Below are positions 9,196 to 18,284 of a stretch of DNA of 62,884 bases, piece by piece. How positions within the stretch are numbered: the first letter of the stretch is position 1; every line of letters begins with the position of its first letter. Both the position numbers and the translations under genes were made by a program. The stretch is from Planctomycetes bacterium HGW-Planctomycetes-1 (GTDB lineage Bacteria > Planctomycetota > Phycisphaerae > Sedimentisphaerales > UBA12454): assembly GCA_002839495.1 (NCBI GenBank), contig PGYD01000002.1:1-62884 (forward strand), in the 5' to 3' direction. Under the pieces are notes generated by a model, which had not been told where the DNA came from, did not search any database, and saw only the letters and a program-made list of their open reading frames with translations.

Positions 9196-9603
9196 ATGGA
9201 TGTGATAAGACGAAATACCGATTATGCTTTGCGGCTCGTTGCCGGGCTTGTGGAAAACTACGGCGGCAAACCCATTTCCGCAAGGCAGCTTGCCGAGGGC
9301 GGAGATGTCTCGACGGCTCTTGCGTGCAAACTGCTGCAAAAGCTTTCGGCGGCAAAAATCGTTAAAAGCAGTATGGGGGCGGGAGGCGGATTCGAGCTTG
9401 CCAAGCCTCCGGAAAAAATCAGTCTTTATCAGATTATACGAGCGATTCAGGGCGATGTGTGCTTTAATCAATGCGTAATCAACCCCAAGAGCTGTCCGAG
9501 AAGTCCGAAATGTGCGGTAAGCAAAAAGCTCGCATCCCTGCAAAAATATATCGAGGAATCTCTGAAAAATACAACGCTGGATAAATTGCTCGAAAGAAAA
9601 TAA
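9196..9603 (+). CDS. Rrf2-family transcriptional regulator
   Basis: N-terminus RRNTDYALRLVAGL...ISARQLAEG is the wHTH. The Cys cluster is CFNQCVINPKSCPRSPKC. Confidence 0.8.
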   Translation: MDVIRRNTDYALRLVAGLVENYGGKPISARQLAEGGDVSTALACKLLQKLSAAKIVKSSMGAGGGFELAKPPEKISLYQIIRAIQGDVCFNQCVINPKSCPRSPKCAVSKKLASLQKYIEESLKNTTLDKLLERK

Positions 9604-9628
9604 TAAAAATTTAAAGATTTGAAAGGAT

Positions 9629-10918
9629 ATGATGATGTTTTGTTATCAATGTGAGCAGACAGCAGGAGGACAGGGCTGTACGAAAGTCGGAGTTTGCGGC
9701 AAAGACCCGGATATTCAGAGCCTTCAGGATATTCTTGTTTTCGGGCTTAAGGGCATAGCGGCTTACGCTTATCACGCAAGAGAACTGGGCAAAAGCGACG
9801 CCGAGGTTGACGGCTTTATGCATGAGGCGCTGTTTTCGACGCTGACGAATGTCGATTTCGATTTGCAGAGATATATCGACCTTGTGCTAAAGGCGGGCAA
9901 GATGAATTTGAAGACTATGGAGATGCTGAATAACGCTCACGTCGAGAAATTCGGCGCTCCGAAACCGGCACAGGTGTTCGCAGGAACAAAGGCGGGGCCG
10001 GGCATTGTTGTTACGGGACACGATTTGCTCGATTTGCTCGAACTTTTGAAACAAACCGAAGGAAAAGGGATAAACATTTATACGCACGGTGAAATGCTGC
10101 CGGTGCACGGCTACCCGGAACTGAGAAAATTCAAACACCTCGCCGGTCATTACGGAACGGCGTGGCAAAATCAGCGGAAAGAATTCGACGAGTTTCCCGG
10201 CGCGATGCTCGTAACGACAAATTGCGTTATGATTCCCAAAGACAGCTACAAAGACAGATTGTTTACCTGCGGGATAGCGGGAGTTGCCGGTGTCGAACAT
10301 ATTAAAGGACGAGACTTCAGTAAGGTTATCGAAAAGGCACTAAAATTGGCGCCGCTGAAGGAAAATAAAGCAGGAACATTGAGTACGGGATTTCACTATA
10401 CGGCTGTTTTAGGACTTGCCGACAAAATTATCGAAGCGGTGAAAGCGGGAAAAATTAAACGGTTCTTCTTCATCGGCGGCTGCGACGGGGCAAAGCCGGG
10501 AAGAAATTATTACACTCAGATTGCAGAACTTGTGCCGAAAGACTGCGTAATCCTGACCGCGGCTTGCGGAAAGTATCGCTTCAATTATAACGATTTTGGG
10601 ACAATAGACGGAATCCCAAGACTTGTGGACACGGGCCAGTGCAATGATTGCTATTCAGCGATAAAGATTGCATCTGCCCTCGCCGAGGCGTTTAAATGCG
10701 GCGTGAACGATTTGCCGCTGTCTTTCGTGGTTTCATGGTACGAACAAAAGGCGGTCGCGATTCTGCTTACGCTGCTCTATTTGGGGGTAAAAAATATCAG
10801 GCTCGGACCATCGCTGCCGGCGTTCGTAAGTCCGAACGTCCTGAATTTCCTCGTTGAAAACTATAATATAAAACCAATAGGTGAACCGGAAAAAGATATG
10901 GCTGAAATGCTCGGATAA
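9629..10918 (+). CDS. hcp: hybrid cluster protein / hydroxylamine reductase (short 429-aa form)
   Basis: N-terminal Cys motif MFCYQCEQTAGGQGCTKVGVCGK, plus downstream GGCDG and TGQCNDCYS. Confidence 0.85.
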   Translation: MMMFCYQCEQTAGGQGCTKVGVCGKDPDIQSLQDILVFGLKGIAAYAYHARELGKSDAEVDGFMHEALFSTLTNVDFDLQRYIDLVLKAGKMNLKTMEMLNNAHVEKFGAPKPAQVFAGTKAGPGIVVTGHDLLDLLELLKQTEGKGINIYTHGEMLPVHGYPELRKFKHLAGHYGTAWQNQRKEFDEFPGAMLVTTNCVMIPKDSYKDRLFTCGIAGVAGVEHIKGRDFSKVIEKALKLAPLKENKAGTLSTGFHYTAVLGLADKIIEAVKAGKIKRFFFIGGCDGAKPGRNYYTQIAELVPKDCVILTAACGKYRFNYNDFGTIDGIPRLVDTGQCNDCYSAIKIASALAEAFKCGVNDLPLSFVVSWYEQKAVAILLTLLYLGVKNIRLGPSLPAFVSPNVLNFLVENYNIKPIGEPEKDMAEMLG

Positions 10919-10931
10919 AAAGAGGTAAAAT

Positions 10932-11276
10932 ATGAAAACTGATAAAAATACTGTTTTGCAAAGCTGTATCGCGAATGCGGTTGAGCTCGGCGGACTTGTG
11001 GAATATGCGGCGGATTCGGTAGTGAGCAAAACCGTCATTGATAAATCCGTCGGCACTGTAACGCTTTTCGCTTTCGACGCCGATCAGGGCTTAAGCGAAC
11101 ATCAGACCCCTTACGATGCGCTGGTTCAGATTGTCGATGGCTCGGCAGTGCTGATTATCGGCGGCAAAGAAGTCAGGGCCTCGGCAGGAGAAATCGTTAT
11201 TATGCCCGCGAATGTGCCGCACGCTGTACAGGCAAAAGAACGATTTAAAATGCTTTTGATTATGATAAGGGCGTAA
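10932..11276 (+). CDS. cupin domain protein
   Basis: 114 aa with GLSEHQTPYDALVQIVDG and MPANVPHAV, the two cupin motifs. Confidence 0.65.
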   Translation: MKTDKNTVLQSCIANAVELGGLVEYAADSVVSKTVIDKSVGTVTLFAFDADQGLSEHQTPYDALVQIVDGSAVLIIGGKEVRASAGEIVIMPANVPHAVQAKERFKMLLIMIRA

Positions 11277-11277
11277 A

Positions 11278-12279
11278 ATGTTCGGTTTATTAAAATCAAT
11301 TTTGGTCGATTTTTGGGCCACGGTAGGCCAGATGAGTCCGTATCTATTGTTCGGATTCGCTGTCGCGGGCGCGCTGAAGGTTTTGATTCCGACAAGTTTT
11401 GTTCAAAAGCACCTCGGCGGCAAAGGTATCTGGCCGATATTCAAGTCTTCGCTTTTCGGCGTGCCGCTGCCTTTGTGCAGCTGCGGTGTGATTCCGGTGG
11501 CAATGTCGCTTCATAAACGCGGCGCAAGTAAAGGCGCGACAATAGCATTTCTTTTGAGCACGCCGCAGACCGGCGTTGACAGTATTTTCGTAACATACGG
11601 TCTGCTTGGGCCGGTTTTTATGATTGCCAGACCTCTTATCGCTTTAATTACCGGTATGCTCGGCGGAGTCGGCGTCGATTTGTTCGACCGAAAAAATACC
11701 GCTGCTACCGAAATTGACGATGAGGAAGATTCATCGGAAAGCAAGAGTAAATTTATAACAGGTTTCAGGCACGCTTTTGTCGTTTTACCACGCGATATAG
11801 GAACAGCAATGCTGATAGGTCTTGCGCTGGCGGCGATTATTTCCGTTGCTGTGCCGGACGATTTTTTCGCTGAGAAAATCGGTACCGGAATCGGCGCTAT
11901 GATTTTGATGATGTTTGTCGGCATACCGCTTTATGTCTGCGCAACGGCTTCTGTACCGATAGCGGCGGCTCTTATCGCAAAAGGTCTGTCGCCGGGAGCG
12001 GCTTTGGTGTTTCTTATGACAGGCCCTGCGACAAACGCGGCAGGCTTTGTGATGATTTGGAAGATTCTGGGCAATCGAACAGCGATTATCTACATTATTA
12101 CCGTTGCGGTTTGCGCTTTAGTATCAGGTCTGCTTTTGGACATAATGTTCAGCGATTTAGGCGCTCAGATTCAGGGACATTTTCATCAAATGGGCACAAC
12201 ACCGATTAAACATATCAGTGCGGTAATCCTGCTTGTCGTTTTATTATGGGGAATTTGTAAAAAGTATAAAAAAAATTAA
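11278..12279 (+). CDS. DUF318/ArsP-like permease (SO_0444-type putative metal efflux permease)
   Basis: Polytopic membrane protein with GVPLPLCSCGVIPVA and LLSTPQTGVDSI. Confidence 0.65.
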   Translation: MFGLLKSILVDFWATVGQMSPYLLFGFAVAGALKVLIPTSFVQKHLGGKGIWPIFKSSLFGVPLPLCSCGVIPVAMSLHKRGASKGATIAFLLSTPQTGVDSIFVTYGLLGPVFMIARPLIALITGMLGGVGVDLFDRKNTAATEIDDEEDSSESKSKFITGFRHAFVVLPRDIGTAMLIGLALAAIISVAVPDDFFAEKIGTGIGAMILMMFVGIPLYVCATASVPIAAALIAKGLSPGAALVFLMTGPATNAAGFVMIWKILGNRTAIIYIITVAVCALVSGLLLDIMFSDLGAQIQGHFHQMGTTPIKHISAVILLVVLLWGICKKYKKN

Positions 12280-13061
12280 GTGTCAAATCCCGGTCTGACA
12301 AACGCTCTTGCATTCGGGAATGAAATTTCAACGAGCTTTAACAAAGTTTTTAATTTTACCAGTATATTCAGAACTTCCTGTTCCTGCTGCGGAAAATGAT
12401 CCAGCAAACCGCCCCAAGCTGAAATGGAACGCTCAATTCCGATAATCGCCACTTTCGCTGAGCCGTCTGCGTCCTCCTGACAGTATTCGATTTCCTCCAG
12501 TTCGCCTCGTATTGTCCCGCTTGCCGCACGACAAAGCTTGACATATATCTGATGCTGATACCAGCGAACAATTTCGAGACAGTCTTTTATCTTTATTGCT
12601 TCATCGACAGGTTTTGTGCCGGGAATTTCAGCTTCAAAATGCGTTAATAACTCCTGTGCTTTTTCCTCGAGCAATTTTTCATTCGAATCGAACCATCTCT
12701 TAACCATATCTATATATTCAAACGCAATTTTGCTGTACGGCTGATTTTTTGAAAATTCGTGTACTTGTTTTTCATGCTTTTCAGCTTCTTCGAAGTCAAT
12801 AGAATTAAGGTCAATGCCCATTTTTCCTGCCGCTTCTTTGGCCATTTCTATCGTTACACTGAATATTCCCTGCATTTTATCCCAAAACACTTTATTATTC
12901 ATATCTCTCGATTTAGGGGTGTCAAACTTATCCTCACACATTGCATAATTCATACATCGCGACGTAAATTCACAACGCTCGCACCACCTGTCGCAATAGT
13001 TATAAATCCCGCTGATAAATTTAGGATTTTTGGCAAGGTTTTTAATTTGTTCTTTGTCCAT
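12276..13061 (-). CDS. hypothetical Cys-rich protein
   Basis: 261 aa with N-terminal CDRWCERCEFTSRCMNYAMCE. I recognise no family. Its stop overlaps the convergent permease stop (shared TTAA). Confidence 0.5.
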   Translation of the reverse strand: MDKEQIKNLAKNPKFISGIYNYCDRWCERCEFTSRCMNYAMCEDKFDTPKSRDMNNKVFWDKMQGIFSVTIEMAKEAAGKMGIDLNSIDFEEAEKHEKQVHEFSKNQPYSKIAFEYIDMVKRWFDSNEKLLEEKAQELLTHFEAEIPGTKPVDEAIKIKDCLEIVRWYQHQIYVKLCRAASGTIRGELEEIEYCQEDADGSAKVAIIGIERSISAWGGLLDHFPQQEQEVLNILVKLKTLLKLVEISFPNARAFVRPGFDT

Positions 13062-13083
13062 TAACGTTTATTCGTGATTTATT

Positions 13084-14592
13084 TTAAATCAGGATTTTGT
13101 CCATCATTCTTGGAAAAGCGATGCACTGGCGGATGTGCTTTTCTCCTGTGAGCCAGGCAAGGGTTCTTTCGACGCCCAATCCGAAACCGCCGTGCGGGAC
13201 AGAGCCGAATTTTCGCAAATCCAGATACCACTGATAATTTTCGAGTTTGTAGCCCTGCTCGTTTATCCGCGCAAGCAGTTTATCGTGAATATCTTCCCTC
13301 ATCGAGCCGCCGATGATTTCGCCAAAGCCCGCGGGGGCGAGCATATCGAAATTCTGGACGGTTTCGGGATTTTCGGGGTCCTGCTTCATATAAAACGCTT
13401 TAGCGTCTCTGGGATAGTGCGTCACGAAAACGGGTTTGTCGTGCATAAGAGAAATTATAGTCTCATCACTTCCGCCGAGGTCCTTGCCCCACTGAAACTG
13501 GGAAGCGAGTTTTGCGTGCTTGGGGTTATTTTCGATTTTCGTCTCGATTTCGGCTAAATCGCTGCGGAGGTCGATTAATTCAGATGCGATTTTGTCCTGC
13601 CGCCATTGTTTAATTTGTCCTTTTGCTTCTGTTTCGAGGGCGGCGATTTTATTTTCGATTTCCTGCTTTTGGGTTTTGAATTCGTTTAACTGGGCGGCTA
13701 AAAAATCCTGTGTCTTTTGGCTCGTAAGGATTTCAGAAGCCTGGGTGTAAGTCAAACGATAAAAAGGCGGCGTAATTTTTTTCAGCGATTCGATATCTGA
13801 GCCTAATGTTTTCAGTTCAGTTTCGTTTTTATCGAGAACTTCTTTCACGATGAAAGAGACGAAATTTTCGGTTATTTCCAAAAGGTCGGGTAAATCGATG
13901 AATGTTATTTCCGGCTCGACCATCCAGAACTCGGTCAGGTGTCTTCGGGTTTTGCTTTTTTCGGCTCTGAAGGTCGGGCCGAAGCAATAAACCTTGCCGT
14001 AACTCATCGCCCCGCATTCGACGTGCAATTGGCCTGTCTGCGTCATAAAGGCAGGCATATCGAAATAATCGACATTGAATAAACTTCCGGCCTCTTCTCC
14101 GACAATGCCCGTCAAAATCGGCGTATCGACAAGAACATAACCATTATCATTTAAAAATTGCCTTATCGCGTTGACAACCGTATGGCGAACTTTGCCGATG
14201 CACCATTGTCTCTGCGAACGCAGATGGAGATGACGGTTTTTCATAAGGAAATCTATGCCGTGCGATTTTGGCGTAATAGGATAATCGGTCGATTCGCAAA
14301 ATACTTTAGCATCGCTGACGATAAGCTCGTATCCGCCGACGCTGCGAGCGTCTTTTCTTACAGAACCTGTCAAAGTAAGCGAAGATTCTGCGCCGAGACG
14401 CTTTAGCTGCTCGAAAAGCTCATCGCTGATTTTTTCTTTTTCAATAACGCATTGACAAAGGCCCGAACCGTCGCGAATCACGATAAATATCAATTTGCCG
14501 CTCGGCCGCAAGTGTCTAACCCATCCGCCGATAGTTACATTTTTGTCAACGTTGTCCTTCAGACAGGAAATCTTCGTAAGTTCTTTAAGCAT
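13084..14592 (-). CDS. asnS: asparagine--tRNA ligase with a ~75-aa coiled-coil insertion
   Basis: FRAEKSKTRRHLTEFWMVEPE (motif 2), GGSMRE, and HGGFGLGVERTLAWLTG (motif 3). Confidence 0.85.
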   Translation of the reverse strand: MLKELTKISCLKDNVDKNVTIGGWVRHLRPSGKLIFIVIRDGSGLCQCVIEKEKISDELFEQLKRLGAESSLTLTGSVRKDARSVGGYELIVSDAKVFCESTDYPITPKSHGIDFLMKNRHLHLRSQRQWCIGKVRHTVVNAIRQFLNDNGYVLVDTPILTGIVGEEAGSLFNVDYFDMPAFMTQTGQLHVECGAMSYGKVYCFGPTFRAEKSKTRRHLTEFWMVEPEITFIDLPDLLEITENFVSFIVKEVLDKNETELKTLGSDIESLKKITPPFYRLTYTQASEILTSQKTQDFLAAQLNEFKTQKQEIENKIAALETEAKGQIKQWRQDKIASELIDLRSDLAEIETKIENNPKHAKLASQFQWGKDLGGSDETIISLMHDKPVFVTHYPRDAKAFYMKQDPENPETVQNFDMLAPAGFGEIIGGSMREDIHDKLLARINEQGYKLENYQWYLDLRKFGSVPHGGFGLGVERTLAWLTGEKHIRQCIAFPRMMDKILI

Positions 14593-14683
14593 TTTTCATC
14601 CTTTTATTGTCCCGCCTTCGCCGAGGCTTCGTCGGGCAGGCCCTGCGGTTTGTCAGGTGTTATTATGCCGGTGATGATATAGG

Positions 14684-14830
14684 TTAAATCAGGGGAAATA
14701 TACCTGTAATCAGGTCCAGAAAAATGAGGGTAAGTCTAATCAGTGTAGAATCAATTCCCGTCATTTCGGATAATCCACCGCAAACGCCCATTAGTTTTCT
14801 ATCAGTTTTTGACAAATATAACTTTTTCAT
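14684..14830 (-). CDS. PspC-domain small membrane protein (48 aa, not in the ORF track)
   Basis: My translation: [48 protein letters not shown]. It matches the PspC signature (R.K..GVCGGLA...G.D....R). Confidence 0.7.
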   Translation of the reverse strand: MKKLYLSKTDRKLMGVCGGLSEMTGIDSTLIRLTLIFLDLITGIFPLI

Positions 14831-14862
14831 TTTTGTTTGCCCTTAATATCGTTAGGTTCTCC

Positions 14863-16443
14863 TTATTTATTTTTCAAACGCCATATATAAATATCATCCG
14901 CCGTTTTTTTGACATTAGTTCCACCACAATATTCTGAAAAACGCTCCCCCTCATCATCTTCTCCATTTTTCCCCTTACTATAAAGAGTAAAATCTCCATC
15001 TGCAAGTTTATATACAAACGATTGGCCATTAAGCGGGTCTATAAAGTTCTCTTCATCCGTTAATCCTTTTATATCATCAAGACTTTTTGGCCATGAGCGG
15101 TTTTTGTCTTTATACCGCCTTAAGGCGATTAAAAGCAAAGCCCCCCTTTGGCTGGAATCACTTCGTAAATACAAACCGTGAATAGAATAGTAAGAAGGGC
15201 TCAGTAAAAGGGATTGCAATTTAAGAAAATATTCATAATTCAACTTATAGGATAAGAAAGAAAACTTTACCTCCGGCGGCTTTTTGCTCCAATCAAAATC
15301 AGGGTCGGCCATATTATAAAATTTTTCATATTCTAAATCTATCGCTTTTGATAATTCCTGCGGCGATGATGGTACAAAGAGCCATTTAATTACAGCGCTT
15401 GCTTTTGAAAGTTTTCTTGCTAAATAAGGCAATGACGGAATATCATTACATTCGGCAGGCATAAAACTTCTCACTGCGTTTTCAGGATTTCGGGACAGCC
15501 GGATTTCCCCGTTTTTATTCGTTTCATAAATCATCGAAGAGAGCATGTTCTTCGTAAATAATTTTTCATAATCAAGCACTCTTGGCAAATCTGATTGCCA
15601 ATCGTATTTAATTTCCCCAATAAATTCTTCAATCTTATCTAATTGTTTTTTGTTTGGGCTACCTGTAATTACAAAATTATTTAGATGACTTATCGCCAGG
15701 GATTTTACTGAAATCCCTACTAATATATCAACCAATAACGGCTGCTGGTACAAATGCTCCCCCATATTAAGCGTACAATAAATTTTTCCCAGACCTTTGG
15801 CGGTTCTGCCCTCTGCAATATCATTATTGCTGGCCTTTGAAAGCAGTTGCGCCCATCGCCTGATGGCCCCCGTCCTATTGATGTCAAAAAACAAAAAAGT
15901 TTTTGATGTTATATCGAATTTACATTTTTCGAATTGCGATGCCTGCATCAATTTGCTTATAGTTTCTTTATGGCTTTTTATCCATTTGGCAACTTCGGGA
16001 TAATCTTTCGCTAACCAGTATTCGGAGGAAATTATATTATCGACTTGATCGGTAATAAAATTCGGTTCAATTTCTGATTTATTATAATCAGCTACCAGTT
16101 GATTATAGATTATCGCGGCGTTTTCCTCGTCCGGTATTTTGTATTTAGCCTCTAGAGCCGCTAATTCCTTGTCAAAAGTAAAAGGTTTCCACCCTTCATC
16201 GTTTTCAGGAAGGAATACCCAAACAACAAAAATAAGAATAACAACCCCAACCGCTGCCCAGAACCATTTGCGAAAACGCAGGGGTAAAATCGTGCAAGCC
16301 AAAAGAAAAACAAGTATAAGAAGCAGCAATTTCAACGGCGTCTGGAAAAACACACCGGCTATAAATAGAGTTGAAAGGATTACTTTCCAAATCCATCTTA
16401 GAATTTGTTTAGCAACTTCGAATGCTTTTTTGGCTTTGTCCAT
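14863..16443 (-). CDS. membrane protein, function unknown (C-terminus reminiscent of the GspG/pseudopilin globular end)
   Basis: 526 aa with N-terminal TM helices. The C-terminus is DPLNGQSFVYKLADGDFTLYSKGKNGEDDEG. Confidence 0.5.
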   Translation of the reverse strand: MDKAKKAFEVAKQILRWIWKVILSTLFIAGVFFQTPLKLLLLILVFLLACTILPLRFRKWFWAAVGVVILIFVVWVFLPENDEGWKPFTFDKELAALEAKYKIPDEENAAIIYNQLVADYNKSEIEPNFITDQVDNIISSEYWLAKDYPEVAKWIKSHKETISKLMQASQFEKCKFDITSKTFLFFDINRTGAIRRWAQLLSKASNNDIAEGRTAKGLGKIYCTLNMGEHLYQQPLLVDILVGISVKSLAISHLNNFVITGSPNKKQLDKIEEFIGEIKYDWQSDLPRVLDYEKLFTKNMLSSMIYETNKNGEIRLSRNPENAVRSFMPAECNDIPSLPYLARKLSKASAVIKWLFVPSSPQELSKAIDLEYEKFYNMADPDFDWSKKPPEVKFSFLSYKLNYEYFLKLQSLLLSPSYYSIHGLYLRSDSSQRGALLLIALRRYKDKNRSWPKSLDDIKGLTDEENFIDPLNGQSFVYKLADGDFTLYSKGKNGEDDEGERFSEYCGGTNVKKTADDIYIWRLKNK

Positions 16444-16450
16444 TAATTAC

Positions 16451-17917
16451 TTATATATCCAGCTTCTCTCTCAAATACTGTTTTACCTGCGAGATATTCA
16501 CTCTTTCCTGTTTCATACTGTCTCGCTCTCTGACGGTTACGGTCTGGTCTTCTTTGGTCTGGCCGTCAACAGTTATGCAATATGGCGTTCCCGCTTCGTC
16601 CTGTCTGCGGTATCTTCTGCCGACCGCGCCTTTTTCGTCGTAAAAACAGGTGAAATACTTTTTTAAATCGTCATAAATATTTCCTGCGATTTCAGGCAGG
16701 CCGTCTTTTTTAACAAGCGGAAAGATAGCGGCCTTTACCGGAGCAAGGGCGGGATGAAAACGCAAAAGTCCTCTCTTTTCGCCGTTGACCTCGTCTTCAT
16801 CGTAAGCGTCAACCAGAAACGCAAGACAGCTTCGGTCGATTCCTGCGCTTGGCTCAATTACATAAGGAATAAACCGCTGTTTGCCTTCTTCATCAAAATA
16901 GCTTAGCGGGCCTTTCTGATAATCTTCCGATTCGCTGTTGAGTTCGATTTTCGATAAATCGCCTTTCTTTTCATACCAGGCGTTAAGTGTTCTCATTCCT
17001 CTTTGATGCTGGCGAAGGTCGAAATCGGTACGATTCGCTATGCCTTCGAGCTCCTGCCAGTCGCCTGAGCCGAACGGGAATTTATATTCGACATCGACAC
17101 AGCCCTTGGCGTAATGGGCAAGCTCATCTTTTTCGTGCGGCCTGAGACGCAGATTTTCTTTTTTCATACCGAGATTTATGTACCAGTTAAATCGTGTTTC
17201 TTTCCAGTGTTCATACCACTGTTCATCTGTTCCCGGTGCGCAGAAAAATTCTATTTCAGCCTGTTCGAATTCCCTTGTTCGGAAGATAAACGCCTTTGTC
17301 GTAACTTCATTTCTAAAGCTCTTGCCGATTTGAGCTATTCCGAAAGGAATTTTCACTCGTGTCGTATCGAGCACGTTTCTGAAGTTTACGAAAATACCCT
17401 GCGCTGTTTCAGGTCGTAAAAATATCGTCATCGAATCATCGACGTTTGCGCCCATTTGTGTTTCGAACATCAGGCGAAACGGCATAGGTTCGGTAAACTG
17501 TCCTTTGACGCCGCAGGCCGGACAGACCTTTTTGGAAAGGTCTTTTGCGTCTTTTTGAGCAGTTTCGACCGGAACGTGGGCGGCGTGCTCTTCGGCGTGT
17601 TCGGCCAAATGGTCAACTCTGCTGCGGACGTTGCATTTTTTGCATTCGACAATTAAATCGGCAAATTTGTCGGCGTGGCCGGAGGCCTTCCAGACCAAAG
17701 GATGCATAAAAATACTGCAATCCAGGCCGACGATGTCATCTCGCATCTGGACGGTGCTTTTCCACCAGGCGTTGCGGACATTGCGTTTGAGTTCCGAGCC
17801 TAATGGGCCGTAATCGTAGCAGCTCGCCAGGCCGCCGTAGATTTCGCTGGATTGGAATATAAAACCTCGCCTTTTGCAAAGCGATACGATGTCTTCGAGT
17901 TTGGTTAATTTCGCCAT
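16451..17917 (-). CDS. glyQS: glycine--tRNA ligase (dimeric GlyQS type)
   Basis: CKRRGFIFQSSEIYGGL, FRNE, PSAGIDR; 488 aa. Confidence 0.9.
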   Translation of the reverse strand: MAKLTKLEDIVSLCKRRGFIFQSSEIYGGLASCYDYGPLGSELKRNVRNAWWKSTVQMRDDIVGLDCSIFMHPLVWKASGHADKFADLIVECKKCNVRSRVDHLAEHAEEHAAHVPVETAQKDAKDLSKKVCPACGVKGQFTEPMPFRLMFETQMGANVDDSMTIFLRPETAQGIFVNFRNVLDTTRVKIPFGIAQIGKSFRNEVTTKAFIFRTREFEQAEIEFFCAPGTDEQWYEHWKETRFNWYINLGMKKENLRLRPHEKDELAHYAKGCVDVEYKFPFGSGDWQELEGIANRTDFDLRQHQRGMRTLNAWYEKKGDLSKIELNSESEDYQKGPLSYFDEEGKQRFIPYVIEPSAGIDRSCLAFLVDAYDEDEVNGEKRGLLRFHPALAPVKAAIFPLVKKDGLPEIAGNIYDDLKKYFTCFYDEKGAVGRRYRRQDEAGTPYCITVDGQTKEDQTVTVRERDSMKQERVNISQVKQYLREKLDI

Positions 17918-18050
17918 AAAACCCTTCCTGAATAAAAGGATATATTATAGTAATAAAAGCCTGCAATTACAAGACCGATAAGAGAAAGGATTTTGCTTGT
18001 TTTCTGTCCGCCTGTATGTAAAATAACGCAAAAGTAAATACTGATATCCC

Positions 18051-18232
18051 GTGACAGGGGAGCCCCGCACCTATTTGTCCTGTGCGAAACCGGCGAACTA
18101 TCGAAACTACATCGAATTATCGCAACAAATTTTCCGGCGGATAATACGGAACAAATAGGTGCGGGGCTGAGAGGTCCCAAAAGGGACGACCCTTTGAACC
18201 TTTAGCAGTGGTAATGCCTGCAAGGAAGGCAC
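18051..18232 (+). promoter_or_regulatory. TPP (THI-box) riboswitch aptamer with a greatly extended P3
   Basis: GGGGAGC...GCTGAGAG, ACCCTTTGAACCT, GCAG-TGGTAATG-CCTGC, AAGGAAGG. P1 candidate is GTG.C/G.CAC. It lies upstream of thi4. Confidence 0.8.
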
Positions 18233-18244
18233 AAAAATAATCAA

Positions 18245-18275
18245 AACGCGCTTCCTTTCGGCAGTGCGTTTTTTT
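18245..18275 (+). terminator. riboswitch expression-platform terminator
   Basis: CGCGCTTCC-tttc-GGCAGTGCG stem (one mismatch, one GU) followed by seven T. CTTCC can alternatively pair with the aptamer's GGAAG. Confidence 0.65.
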
Positions 18276-18284
18276 GTTAACTAT

